Both the position numbers and the translations under genes were made by a program. Positions 46,283-54,052 of a stretch of 64,000 nt of DNA are shown here, piece after piece (position 1 is the first letter of the stretch; each line of letters starts with the position of its first letter). The stretch is from a virus (taxonomy: Duplodnaviria > Caudoviricetes). The stretch covers positions 32,001 to 96,000 of IMG/VR virus record IMGVR_UViG_2974770163_000001, one strand, 5' to 3'. The notes beneath the pieces were generated by a model. It saw only the letters and a list, made by a program, of their open reading frames with translations. It was not told the DNA's origin and searched no databases.

Positions 46283-46358
46283 TGGAGGTTCTAGCTGGAT
46301 TTGAACCAGCGACACACGCCGTATGAGAGCGCTACTCTACCAACTGAGTTATAGAACC
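46283..46358 (-). tRNA. tRNA with CAT anticodon (Met or Ile2), U73
   Basis: GGTTCTA acceptor, GCGCT-CTCATAC-GGCGT, encoded CCA. Confidence 0.85.
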
Positions 46359-46364
46359 GGTTAA

Positions 46365-46476
46365 TGGGGCGGGTCGTAGGGTTCGAACCTACATCGTTAT
46401 TTCTAGTATTCCTATGGAGATACTAGTTTCAAAGCACGCCTTGAGAGCGCCGTCATTACATTATGACTATAACCGC
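46365..46476 (-). ncRNA. Atypical tRNA-like RNA (112 nt): shortened anticodon loop, very long variable arm
   Basis: D-arm GTCAT/ATGAC, GCGCT-CTCAA-GGCGT, CTAGTAT/ATACTAG arm, T-arm GTAGG-TTCGAAC-CCTAC, CCA. Confidence 0.7.
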
Positions 46477-46485
46477 AGTGTAAAT

Positions 46486-46561
46486 TGGAAGGGGAAGCGG
46501 GATTCGAACCCACGCTGTCAGAGTCAAAGGCTGATGTGCTAACCACCTACACCATTCCCCA
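46486..46561 (-). tRNA. tRNA-Gln(TTG)
   Basis: Loop CTTTGAC; CCA. Confidence 0.9.
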
Positions 46562-46567
46562 ATTGTT

Positions 46568-46650
46568 TGGTTGCGAGTACCGGAATCGAACCGATCTTGG
46601 CTATTGCCGGAGGGAATGAGCCTCCTGAGTTCCCAGAACTCTAACTCGCT
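46568..46650 (-). tRNA. tRNA-Met(CAT), initiator-like (1:72 mismatch) with an extra arm
   Basis: GGAGG-CTCATTC-CCTCC; GGC-AATA-GCC variable arm; CCA. Confidence 0.78.
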
Positions 46651-46837
46651 ATTGAAATTTTATATCTTTAATATGGATAGCACTTGGGTAGTACCCTTCC
46701 TCTCTTCCGAGAGTACGCTGAATATCAGCAGTGGTAGTGCCTTCCTCTACCCATAACAATTTTGGCTGTCTGGCTATATAACAATCAAGGTAGCCAGTGT
46801 TAATGCTATAATGAACTACAACTGGTACTTTAGCCAT
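46649..46837 (-). CDS. Hypothetical protein
   Basis: TAATG coupling to the upstream gene. Confidence 0.62.
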   Translation of the reverse strand: MAKVPVVVHYSINTGYLDCYIARQPKLLWVEEGTTTADIQRTLGREEGYYPSAIHIKDIKFQ

Positions 46838-47100
46838 TACTCATCCTCACAATCTTGGCAAACAGGGTCACAATGCTTATCAGACATTTCTGCGTATTCA
46901 CAGTACCAACCACAGTTAGTACACTCAAATACTTCAGCTTCTACCAAAGCTGCTTCAAAAGTTTCTGAATCATCCTCTGGTAAATTAAATTCTTTGTTAA
47001 AATCTAAACGAGCATTGAAGTTTCTGTAAGTACAAGAACCCATAACATGGTCAACTACCCAGTTGTGCATGTCTGATGTTATAACCATTCTAAACTCCAA
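46837..47100 (-). CDS. Zn-finger-like small protein
   Basis: CTNCGWYC...CQDC. Confidence 0.72.
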   Translation of the reverse strand: MEFRMVITSDMHNWVVDHVMGSCTYRNFNARLDFNKEFNLPEDDSETFEAALVEAEVFECTNCGWYCEYAEMSDKHCDPVCQDCEDE

Positions 47101-47611
47101 ATGTTGTATCTAAAACTTGTTTAAACGCTAACAGCTCGTCGTGTGTCATATCGTCTAGGTCTTTAGGTGACTGAACACCACCATGCTTAAATTTCTTTAT
47201 TAACTTAGCACCAGCATTATCGGGATCACCTATCCAAACGAATTTTACGTTTGATTTATTTAATAATCGTAATAATGGTTTGTGCATTGAAGAACCTAGA
47301 ACGCTTACTGCCGGAACACCAACACTATGTAAAGCTGTAGCTCTGAAAACTGCTTCTGTAACGTATACCACTTTTGCATCTTGAGGGACTGTATCTAATC
47401 CCCAAAGAGCTGGTTCTGACGACCAAGTAAAGTATCTTGCATCACTTGGTTTATCTGCTTTCTTAGGTGAATCAGGAGAAAATACCTGAAAACCTACAAA
47501 ACGACCATCTGTTGCGAAAAGAGGAAACGTTGCTTTGTTATTGTCGAGATCAACCCACACTTTGTGCTGGTCAGTAACTCGTTTTGCTTTAAGAGCATCT
47601 AAAACGTTCAT
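47090..47611 (-). CDS. Toprim-domain primase-like protein
   Basis: VYVTEAVFRA..L..VG.PAVSVLGS...GDPDNAG...PKDLDD. Confidence 0.8.
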   Translation of the reverse strand: MNVLDALKAKRVTDQHKVWVDLDNNKATFPLFATDGRFVGFQVFSPDSPKKADKPSDARYFTWSSEPALWGLDTVPQDAKVVYVTEAVFRATALHSVGVPAVSVLGSSMHKPLLRLLNKSNVKFVWIGDPDNAGAKLIKKFKHGGVQSPKDLDDMTHDELLAFKQVLDTTFGV

Positions 47612-47693
47612 TTATCAATTCCTCTCAATCAATTCAATATAAATATTATATCAAATCTGAAAGGAATTTGCAAATGATTTTTTGCTTTTAATT

Positions 47694-47782
47694 TGGCGGT
47701 AGGAGGAGGAATCGAACCCCCGCCATGTCCCCACAACGTACCTGATTTCAAGTCAGGCTGCCCACCATTGAGCACTCCTACC
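47694..47782 (-). tRNA. tRNA-Ser(TGA)
   Basis: CCTGA-CTTGAAA-TCAGG; long variable arm. Confidence 0.92.
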
Positions 47783-47785
47783 AAA

Positions 47786-47953
47786 TTAGTTTTTAAATAA
47801 ATCCATCAATACATCTAATATTTCTTCTACTGCATGCTCTTTTTCTGTTGGATGAAAGTCTCGAACATCATTACAGATGGATTCACGAACTATTAATGCA
47901 TCAACTGCTGTATATAATAGTTCTCTAAGATCTTTGTTTTCGTACTTTGACAT
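47786..47953 (-). CDS. Small hypothetical protein (55 aa, MSKYENKDL...)
   Basis: AAGGGG RBS. Confidence 0.6.
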   Translation of the reverse strand: MSKYENKDLRELLYTAVDALIVRESICNDVRDFHPTEKEHAVEEILDVLMDLFKN

Positions 47954-47954
47954 A

Positions 47955-48119
47955 TTACCCCTTAATAGAGTTAATTATCTTAGCAGCTTCGTCAGCATCA
48001 TCTTTGTGGTAGTGCTTGCTAATAAGCCTGCCGTCTTTAGTGACAACAGCATACTCTCTGCAAGCACAGGTTTCTGGATGACAGCCCCAAGAATGACCAA
48101 TATAGGTTACTATCACCAT
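47955..48119 (-). CDS. Small hypothetical protein (54 aa, CHPETCAC motif)
   Basis: TAATG coupling. Confidence 0.6.
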   Translation of the reverse strand: MVIVTYIGHSWGCHPETCACREYAVVTKDGRLISKHYHKDDADEAAKIINSIKG

Positions 48120-48409
48120 TATGCGTATACCTTACCTAAATCAACAATCTTAATCTCAACGGATATTAAAGACTGGAAGTAATCAGAGTTCCAGAAGTTA
48201 TGGAATTTATGTACAGTTCCATCGTCCAGCTCTAACTCAACCATGTAATCTTCGTACATTGAGTCGCTACGATCAGCGGTTCTTAAAATTACTTCAGAGG
48301 CTTTCTTAGCCAGTTCAATGCTTTCCCATTCATAAGGGATCTCATCTACTTCATCGTAAGAACCGAAAGAGTTACCATCACGGTACTCTATTACGATTTT
48401 GAATCTCAT
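48119..48409 (-). CDS. Hypothetical protein
   Basis: AAGGTG RBS. Confidence 0.72.
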   Translation of the reverse strand: MRFKIVIEYRDGNSFGSYDEVDEIPYEWESIELAKKASEVILRTADRSDSMYEDYMVELELDDGTVHKFHNFWNSDYFQSLISVEIKIVDLGKVYA

Positions 48410-48624
48410 TTAATCACCTTTGCAGTATAAGTCGTTTTAAAGTAATCAGGTGTTTCAATAGTTTCCATATTTTCTGGCTTACCTAAGAATCTAGCAATAA
48501 ATCCATCACCAGCATCGAATCCAACTGAATCACACTTACACATCCAAAATTCACCGTATTCGGTAAAAGTATGTGTGTCACCACAAAGTTTACAACGTTT
48601 CGTTATAGGCGTGTACTTTTCCAT
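48406..48624 (-). CDS. Small Zn-ribbon protein
   Basis: MEKYTP start after AAGGA; CKLCG...CKC. Confidence 0.7.
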   Translation of the reverse strand: MEKYTPITKRCKLCGDTHTFTEYGEFWMCKCDSVGFDAGDGFIARFLGKPENMETIETPDYFKTTYTAKVIK

Positions 48625-48642
48625 TAGAAAGTCCTTATAAAT

Positions 48643-48716
48643 TGGCACAGGCTGGAGGAATCGAACCCCCGTCATTGGGTTTGGAAGCCAAGGTATTACC
48701 ACTATACGAAGCCTAT
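48643..48716 (-). tRNA. tRNA-Trp(CCA)
   Basis: Loop TTCCAAA; G73. Confidence 0.8.
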
Positions 48717-48728
48717 ATAAATATTATT

Positions 48729-49292
48729 CTAGAAAAATTCAACACGATCACGAATATCGAATGTAATAGAATAAACATCACCTTTAAACTCTTTTTCTGT
48801 TGTGAAGTTGTATTCCCCATCGTATTGGTGACGGTAGAAATGCACACCTTTATAAGTGAAGTCTTTTAAGTTTTCTAACTCACGAATAAACTCAAAGTAA
48901 GATAAGTTATTAGCCTTAGCTTTCTCAGAAAGTTCAGTAAAGTATTCAGTAAATATTTTACGTTCTTCAATAAAAATCATACCTGATTCAATGCGGGATA
49001 GCACAGAAGAGATATCTAGGATACCATAAGAATCCCCTAATACAGATTGAATAGTACGATACTCTTCTTCTGTAAGTTCTTTAACACAAAAAGTTGTGTC
49101 ATGCAAGAATATTTGTTCATTAGTTCCAAAGTAAATTTCTTGGTTCTCGACCTCTTCAAGACTGTTAAGTAGTTTAAGAGCTTGTTCTAATTCTTCACCC
49201 TTAAATAAGCCAAAACCTTCTACATCGAACTCGTCAGCATAGTTGTTTTCAACAGTGATTAACGCGTATTTCATTTTTATTTTCCTTCTCAT
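48729..49292 (-). CDS. Hypothetical protein (likely start MKYAL)
   Basis: NYADEFDVEGF and YFGTNE motifs; follows an early promoter. Confidence 0.75.
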   Translation of the reverse strand: MRRKIKMKYALITVENNYADEFDVEGFGLFKGEELEQALKLLNSLEEVENQEIYFGTNEQIFLHDTTFCVKELTEEEYRTIQSVLGDSYGILDISSVLSRIESGMIFIEERKIFTEYFTELSEKAKANNLSYFEFIRELENLKDFTYKGVHFYRHQYDGEYNFTTEKEFKGDVYSITFDIRDRVEFF

Positions 49293-49353
49293 TAATTTAT
49301 ATAAATATTATATCAAATAAATGAGATTTTGGCAAATGAATTTAAAATTAAAT

Positions 49354-49477
49354 TGGTAGTCACTAAGGATTTGAACCTTATCACTGACTGCGGATTTACG
49401 GAGAAACCATCTAACCTAGGAATCGAACCTAGACCTACCCTCGTGCCAGCCGGATTACACCACATCCGCGTTGACTA
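49354..49477 (-). ncRNA. tRNA-like RNA with two T-arms (about 124 nt)
   Basis: AGTCA/TGACT-ACCA ends; CGGAT/ATCCG D-arm; CTAGG-TTCGATT-CCTAG and TAAGG-TTCAAAT-CCTTA. Confidence 0.7.
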
Positions 49478-49563
49478 TATTAGTTGGGAGGGTTAGCAGC
49501 CCCTTAATAAGCATTTAGCAGATGCTTACTTACCCTTTAGCTTAGCTATATCGAATGATAATT

Positions 49564-49655
49564 TGGCAGAAGAAGTGGGAGTCGAACCCACAAGGCATAT
49601 CGCTATACTCAGCTGCTTTCCAAGCAGTTCCCGTCGCCGATCGGTTTGTTCTTCT
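49564..49655 (-). tRNA. tRNA-Ser(GGA)
   Basis: Loop TTGGAAA; long variable arm; G73. Confidence 0.9.
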
Positions 49656-49661
49656 ATAAAT

Positions 49662-49738
49662 TGGTGGGACTAAGGAGAGTCGAACTCCTAAAATCTGCGT
49701 TCTAAGCACAGCACGTATGCCAGTTCCGTCATAGTCCC
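49662..49738 (-). tRNA. tRNA-Leu(TAG), short variable loop
   Basis: CTGTG-CTTAGAA-CGCAG. Confidence 0.9.
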
Positions 49739-49857
49739 TAATCTAATTTTATACTACGTACTTCATTATTCTGTTCTGCTTTTTCCTTAGCATCCATAAA
49801 TCTTTTTAGTAGTAGATCCTTATCTCTCTTTATCTTATCAAAATCGATATTATTCAT
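49738..49857 (-). CDS. Small basic protein (MNNIDFDK...)
   Basis: GGAG RBS; stop codon overlaps base 1 of tRNA-Leu. Confidence 0.5.
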   Translation of the reverse strand: MNNIDFDKIKRDKDLLLKRFMDAKEKAEQNNEVRSIKLD

Positions 49858-49874
49858 GTCTACTCCCATATGTT

Positions 49875-49951
49875 TGGTATCGAGGGCGGGGATCGAACCC
49901 GCAGAACCAGCATTTTAAGTGCTGTACGTTTGCCAATTACGTCACCTCGAC
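49875..49951 (-). tRNA. tRNA-Leu(TAA), short variable loop
   Basis: CAGCA-CTTAAAA-TGCTG. Confidence 0.9.
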
Positions 49952-49960
49952 ATTTTAAAT

Positions 49961-50034
49961 TGGAGCACCCTACTGGATTTTAACCAGTCTACGGAAGTTT
50001 GCAATTTCCTACCTAGTCACTCGGTCAAAGGCGC
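49961..50034 (-). tRNA. tRNA-Cys(GCA)
   Basis: Loop TTGCAAA; U73; atypical T-loop TTAAAAT. Confidence 0.82.
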
Positions 50035-50041
50035 ATTGAAT

Positions 50042-50353
50042 TTATTTTTGAGCAACGAATACTTCGATGCCTTTATCTAACAGTTGGTCAAGTTCTACGT
50101 CAACTTTAATATCTAAGCCCTCAACACGGGCTTTTATACCCAGTGCGGTACCTGTCCATGGGTACTCATGACCATGATCGTAATCAACACCACCGTATTC
50201 CCAGATCATTAACTTAAACTTGATACCATTGATCTTAACAGTATATTTCTTTTTGTCTTTGTAGTGAATATATACTGTCTCACCAGCTTCGTTAATAAAG
50301 AAGTAGCGGCGAGGTCCCCAATCTTGCTCGAACTGCATTTTAAAAAAGTTCAT
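50042..50353 (-). CDS. Hypothetical protein
   Basis: MNFFK start after AAGGAG. Confidence 0.72.
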   Translation of the reverse strand: MNFFKMQFEQDWGPRRYFFINEAGETVYIHYKDKKKYTVKINGIKFKLMIWEYGGVDYDHGHEYPWTGTALGIKARVEGLDIKVDVELDQLLDKGIEVFVAQK

Positions 50354-50368
50354 AGTAAACTCCTTATA

Positions 50369-50730
50369 GAGTTGATTAAAGCTATATGTATATGGTCTCG
50401 TTGAAGCCCCTTCGGTATATTCCACGGAGCAACCGAACAACCTAGACCCTTAAGATACTGACTCGCCAAAGTCAGGTGAGAAAACCACTTCTCACATCTC
50501 TGCATACTCAGTGTATCGCAGTCTTTTTGTTGGCAGCTGGTTCTGGTCATTTATACATATACTTTAATCAACTCAGTTGATTAAAGGTGAGCATAGCCGA
50601 GTACTCACGTTGAATTAGTTAGATTCATTTGTTTACGGTGCGAGCCACTTAAGGCGTCGGTTGGCGGAGCGCATTCTCCGTTCCCAACCCGTCCATACTA
50701 ACTTCCAGCGGTAACTAGTCGCTATCCGTT
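50369..50730 (-). ncRNA. Candidate structured RNA(s)
   Basis: Long closing stem 50369-50392/50552-50574 around several hairpins ending in GAGACCA; second GC-rich hairpin block at 50587-50730. Confidence 0.55.
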
Positions 50731-50741
50731 AATATAAATTT

Positions 50742-50927
50742 TTAGAATCTAGATGGATAAATTTCTTTCAGCCTAGACTTTACATATCCTGTATCATCTC
50801 TAACGGCATTCTCAAGCTGTAAAATGTAGTCATACACTGGTTTTGGTACAGCTACATGCTCAATAACACCATCACCTACCTGAACTGCCACGTTACAGTT
50901 ACCATCTGAGTATGGTCTAAATGTCAT
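50742..50927 (-). CDS. Hypothetical protein
   Basis: AAGGTG RBS. Confidence 0.65.
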   Translation of the reverse strand: MTFRPYSDGNCNVAVQVGDGVIEHVAVPKPVYDYILQLENAVRDDTGYVKSRLKEIYPSRF

Positions 50928-50929
50928 GG

Positions 50930-51889
50930 CTACACCTTTCCTTTAAAGTAGGCAACAGCTACTCGACTGATAGCCTTAGCCACATCTTTGAATTCGAGAC
51001 CGGATGCTGCTAGTGTGTCACTTTCTTCTTTTATGATATCCTTATTCAACCACTTAAGAAATGCTCCGGTATTAGCCAAATCAGCACCACCAACTTCAGT
51101 AATGCCTTGATCGAGTCTAGACTCGGTAGTCACATATTCGACGAACTCGGTGATAGACTTAGCTACTTCAGGGTCTACAGACGCCAATGTACGAACTTTA
51201 GAAGATGAGTGTTTATCTCCTTTGACCTTAAACCACAAATCTTTATTTTTAACAAGTTCATCGTCTAGTGGGCGCCATACAACTCCTTCTCCTGTACCAG
51301 AGATTCCGAAGTACGCTCCAGCTGGGCATTCCGCTTCAACCCTAACTGTAAGGTCAACTAATTCATTCTGAACTTCTGCCGGATTAGTTGGATCAATAGT
51401 AACGTAGTAAGCACCAAACTGTGAAATATTATAAATCACTGGGCTGTATTGACCAATGTCATGATCAAACGGAAGCCATTCGATACTATCGTTGTTAGTA
51501 ATATTTCCGTAGCCGAACACGGAGAAGAATTTTGGTAGACCATTTAACGCAACTCCACGTTGAATGTTGCCACCAGCAAACTCGCCACACATAATGATTG
51601 GCAATTTAGCCTCTGGATGGTTCTCTAAGATTTCCTGAGCCATCGCTTCAAATTTGTTGGCATAATCTTGGACGTACTGTGCAAAACCAGCGTTATCCTC
51701 GTCAACTGTTAAAAAACGTGTTTTGGATTGTGGATACAAGTTAAAATTCTCATCCACAATTACAGATGCGTTCGTACCGTGCAGTTTTGTGTATCCAACA
51801 TATTCTACGCTAGAAACACTGTCTAATCTACGTAATTGAGAAACTGCATTACGAAACTGTTGAATAGATGGGAACTTTACGTTATTCAT
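50930..51889 (-). CDS. RNA ligase, Rnl2 family
   Basis: Motif I KLHGTN, GEFAG, GEGVV, FKVKG; C-terminal VTTESRL...DIIKEE. Confidence 0.88.
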   Translation of the reverse strand: MNNVKFPSIQQFRNAVSQLRRLDSVSSVEYVGYTKLHGTNASVIVDENFNLYPQSKTRFLTVDEDNAGFAQYVQDYANKFEAMAQEILENHPEAKLPIIMCGEFAGGNIQRGVALNGLPKFFSVFGYGNITNNDSIEWLPFDHDIGQYSPVIYNISQFGAYYVTIDPTNPAEVQNELVDLTVRVEAECPAGAYFGISGTGEGVVWRPLDDELVKNKDLWFKVKGDKHSSSKVRTLASVDPEVAKSITEFVEYVTTESRLDQGITEVGGADLANTGAFLKWLNKDIIKEESDTLAASGLEFKDVAKAISRVAVAYFKGKV

Positions 51890-51957
51890 TATTTATTTCC
51901 TCATTTCAGTTTATAAATATATTATAACTGAAATTTAAGTATTTGACAATTGATTTT

Positions 51958-52167
51958 TTAATTTAATATCCGTAAACTATCAAAGGACATTAACGGTATT
52001 TCTTTAACAGGTACTTGTTCCATCACTAGAGTCTCTTCAAATACCTTTCGATCTACAAGAACTAACTGTTTACGAGTTGTTCTTTCAGGAATCTCCATAA
52101 CTAAAATAGTTGGAGATTCTAGGATAATTGGCATTCGTAACAGTGAGATCTTTGCTCTACTACGCAT
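51958..52167 (-). CDS. Hypothetical protein
   Basis: AAGGA RBS. Confidence 0.62.
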   Translation of the reverse strand: MRSRAKISLLRMPIILESPTILVMEIPERTTRKQLVLVDRKVFEETLVMEQVPVKEIPLMSFDSLRILN

Positions 52168-52185
52168 AGTAATTATCCTTAGAAT

Positions 52186-52261
52186 TGGCGCGGGCGAGGG
52201 GACTCGAACCCCTGCTGTACGGGTTGGAAGCCCGACCGAATAGCCGCTATCTTACGCACGC
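52186..52261 (-). tRNA. tRNA-Gly(TCC), atypical G73
   Basis: CGGG-CTTCCAA-CCCG; GCG acceptor end. Confidence 0.85.
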
Positions 52262-52542
52262 TTAAATAATTGTTTAAACTTATCCCAAAGTGTTGGCTCA
52301 GCTTTTTTAGTTGGCATTGCCGATGGGATGGTATGTGCCTGCTTATATTCTTGTTCCGCTTGATCTCTAGTTTTTGCTAGAGTAGAGAACAAAGTATAGG
52401 ATTCACCAAGTTCATCCAGTTCCTGTAATGTGATGGTTTGATTATCTTCAAGATACACAAAATCTATACCCTTCTTAGTTGTATAAACTTTACTTACAGG
52501 ATACTTCAGTAAAATATAACCTGATGCTAAGTATTTTTGCAT
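52252..52542 (-). CDS. Hypothetical protein
   Basis: TAATG coupling; stop codon inside tRNA-Gly. Confidence 0.68.
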   Translation of the reverse strand: MQKYLASGYILLKYPVSKVYTTKKGIDFVYLEDNQTITLQELDELGESYTLFSTLAKTRDQAEQEYKQAHTIPSAMPTKKAEPTLWDKFKQLFKRA

Positions 52543-52898
52543 TAATAATGTACTCTTGTTAGTGTAACACCCATATCCGCTAAAAATTTCTTTGCAGACA
52601 TCATAGATTCTGCCGCAGCAGGATTAGAGGTATGCACTGTAATACTTTCTAGTGCTGGAAACTCTTCGAAAAATACCATTGCTTCAACAGTATTGAAGAT
52701 GTCTCTTCCCTCAACTTGCTCACCTAGGTCATTATCAAGGTGAATATGTGTAATTAATTCTTTGTCACGATCAATAAACATCATCGCAGACTTAGAGTCT
52801 TGAGCTACCAAAATCTTTTTAAAATGATTTAATTCTGTCAGAAAATTCATGGGTAGACGTTCATCGTCTACCCACAGTAAAACTTTATCTTTAATCAT
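52542..52898 (-). CDS. Cyclic-phosphate-processing Receiver-like domain protein
   Basis: LWVDDER, HLDNDLG and VHTSNP motifs. Confidence 0.75.
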   Translation of the reverse strand: MIKDKVLLWVDDERLPMNFLTELNHFKKILVAQDSKSAMMFIDRDKELITHIHLDNDLGEQVEGRDIFNTVEAMVFFEEFPALESITVHTSNPAAAESMMSAKKFLADMGVTLTRVHY

Positions 52899-53077
52899 GG
52901 CACGATCTCTATTGGTTGCTTACCGTCCCAATTTGAATCAGCTAGGACACGTTTGTAGAACAAATATCCAATATCACCTTGATCTTGTGGATCTGTAATG
53001 ATTTTGCCTACATCCTTATCGGAAAAGTAAAATGCTTTCGCTGCATCTGAACCTACGGATAACTTGAAAGTTTCCAT
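52895..53077 (-). CDS. Hypothetical protein
   Basis: GGAGGT RBS. Confidence 0.68.
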   Translation of the reverse strand: METFKLSVGSDAAKAFYFSDKDVGKIITDPQDQGDIGYLFYKRVLADSNWDGKQPIEIVP

Positions 53078-53097
53078 AAAACCTCCGGTAATAAAAT

Positions 53098-53182
53098 TGG
53101 CGGGCGGTGTAGGATTTGAACCTACGTTGTCCTTTCGAACACGGATTAACAGTCCGTCGCTAAACCACTCAGCTAACCACCC
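53098..53182 (-). tRNA. tRNA-Asn(GTT) with a long variable arm
   Basis: ACGGA-CTGTTAA-TCCGT; GTTC-GAAA-GGAC arm; G73. Confidence 0.9.
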
Positions 53183-53188
53183 TTAAAT

Positions 53189-53265
53189 TGGTACTGCGAC
53201 CTGGGTTTGAACCAGGGAACCTCTCGATTATCAGTCAAGTGCTCTACCAACTGAGCTATCGCAGT
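53189..53265 (-). tRNA. tRNA-Ile(GAT)
   Basis: Loop CTGATAA. Confidence 0.95.
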
Positions 53266-53365
53266 ATTAACTGTAAAAACACTCCTTGAATGTTCTTACA
53301 GTTAATTTTGTAAAACTAACTGGTTCAGCCTCTATTGAGTTACGACAAGAACGTGCCGATGCATT

Positions 53366-53555
53366 TGGTGCTCTGGAACGGGAGTCGAACCCGCAAATAC
53401 TAAGATCCTCATTCCTACTCACTGGTCTGCGTAGTCCAGCCCCTCGGTGCTATTGGATTCTTTTCTTCTGTACCCGAACCTAGTTACTATTTTAACCTCA
53501 CAGCCTCAATCCACGCAGATGAAAGAGCTAAGCAACCTAGTTGTACAACCAGACC
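53366..53555 (-). ncRNA. 190-nt tRNA-like RNA with a long helical insert replacing the anticodon arm
   Basis: GGTCTGG/CCAGAGC-ACCA; T-arm GCGGG-TTCGACT-CCCGT; internal TCTGCGTGG/CTACGCAGA helix. Confidence 0.72.
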
Positions 53556-53561
53556 ATAATT

Positions 53562-53639
53562 TGGCACTGTAGAAGGGAGTCGAACCCTCAATGCTCCACC
53601 TTGAAAGGGTGGTGACTTTACCAGTTTGTCCACTACAGT
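53562..53639 (-). tRNA. tRNA-Glu(TTC)
   Basis: CCACC-CTTTCAA-GGTGG. Confidence 0.93.
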
Positions 53640-53645
53640 ATAATT

Positions 53646-53730
53646 TGGTGCAGGATCGTGGACTCGAACCACGGAACCCCGAGGGGTGGAGATTTACAGT
53701 CTCCTGTCATTGCCGCTAGACTAATCCTGC
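53646..53730 (-). tRNA. tRNA-Tyr(GTA)
   Basis: GGAGA-CTGTAAA-TCTCC; long variable arm. Confidence 0.93.
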
Positions 53731-53819
53731 TTAATTCTTTATCAATTTCCTTTCTCTCAATTCAATATAAATATTATATCAAAGATTTGAGTATTTGGCA
53801 ATTGAATTTTTAAATAATT

Positions 53820-53895
53820 TGGAGCACACTACAGGATTCGAACCTGTGACCGCTTCGTTCGTAGCGAAGAACTCTGTCCACTGAGTTAAGCGTGC
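53820..53895 (-). tRNA. tRNA-Arg(ACG)
   Basis: CTTCG-CTACGAA-CGAAG. Confidence 0.93.
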
Positions 53896-53896
53896 T

Positions 53897-53972
53897 TGGT
53901 GCCGACAGAGGGAATCGAACCCACGACCTGATGCTTACAAGGCAACTGCTCTACCTGCTGAGCTATATCGAC
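53897..53972 (-). tRNA. tRNA-Thr(TGT)
   Basis: Loop CTTGTAA. Confidence 0.93.
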
Positions 53973-53977
53973 TAAAT

Positions 53978-54051
53978 TGGTACTCGCTGATGGAATCGAA
54001 CCACCGCCTAGACCTTGTAAGGGACTAGTACTACCATTATACTAAGCGAGT
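53978..54051 (-). tRNA. tRNA-Val(TAC)
   Basis: Loop CTTACAA. Confidence 0.9.
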
Positions 54052-54052
54052 A

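Noticed and set aside
46365-46476. True tRNA-Sec (selC)
   Set aside because: Lacks the 8-bp acceptor stem, G73 and U33; the anticodon arm looks derived from the neighbouring CAT tRNA.
53366-53555. tmRNA or group I intron-containing tRNA
   Set aside because: Too short, no G3:U70, and no recognisable tag frame or group I core.
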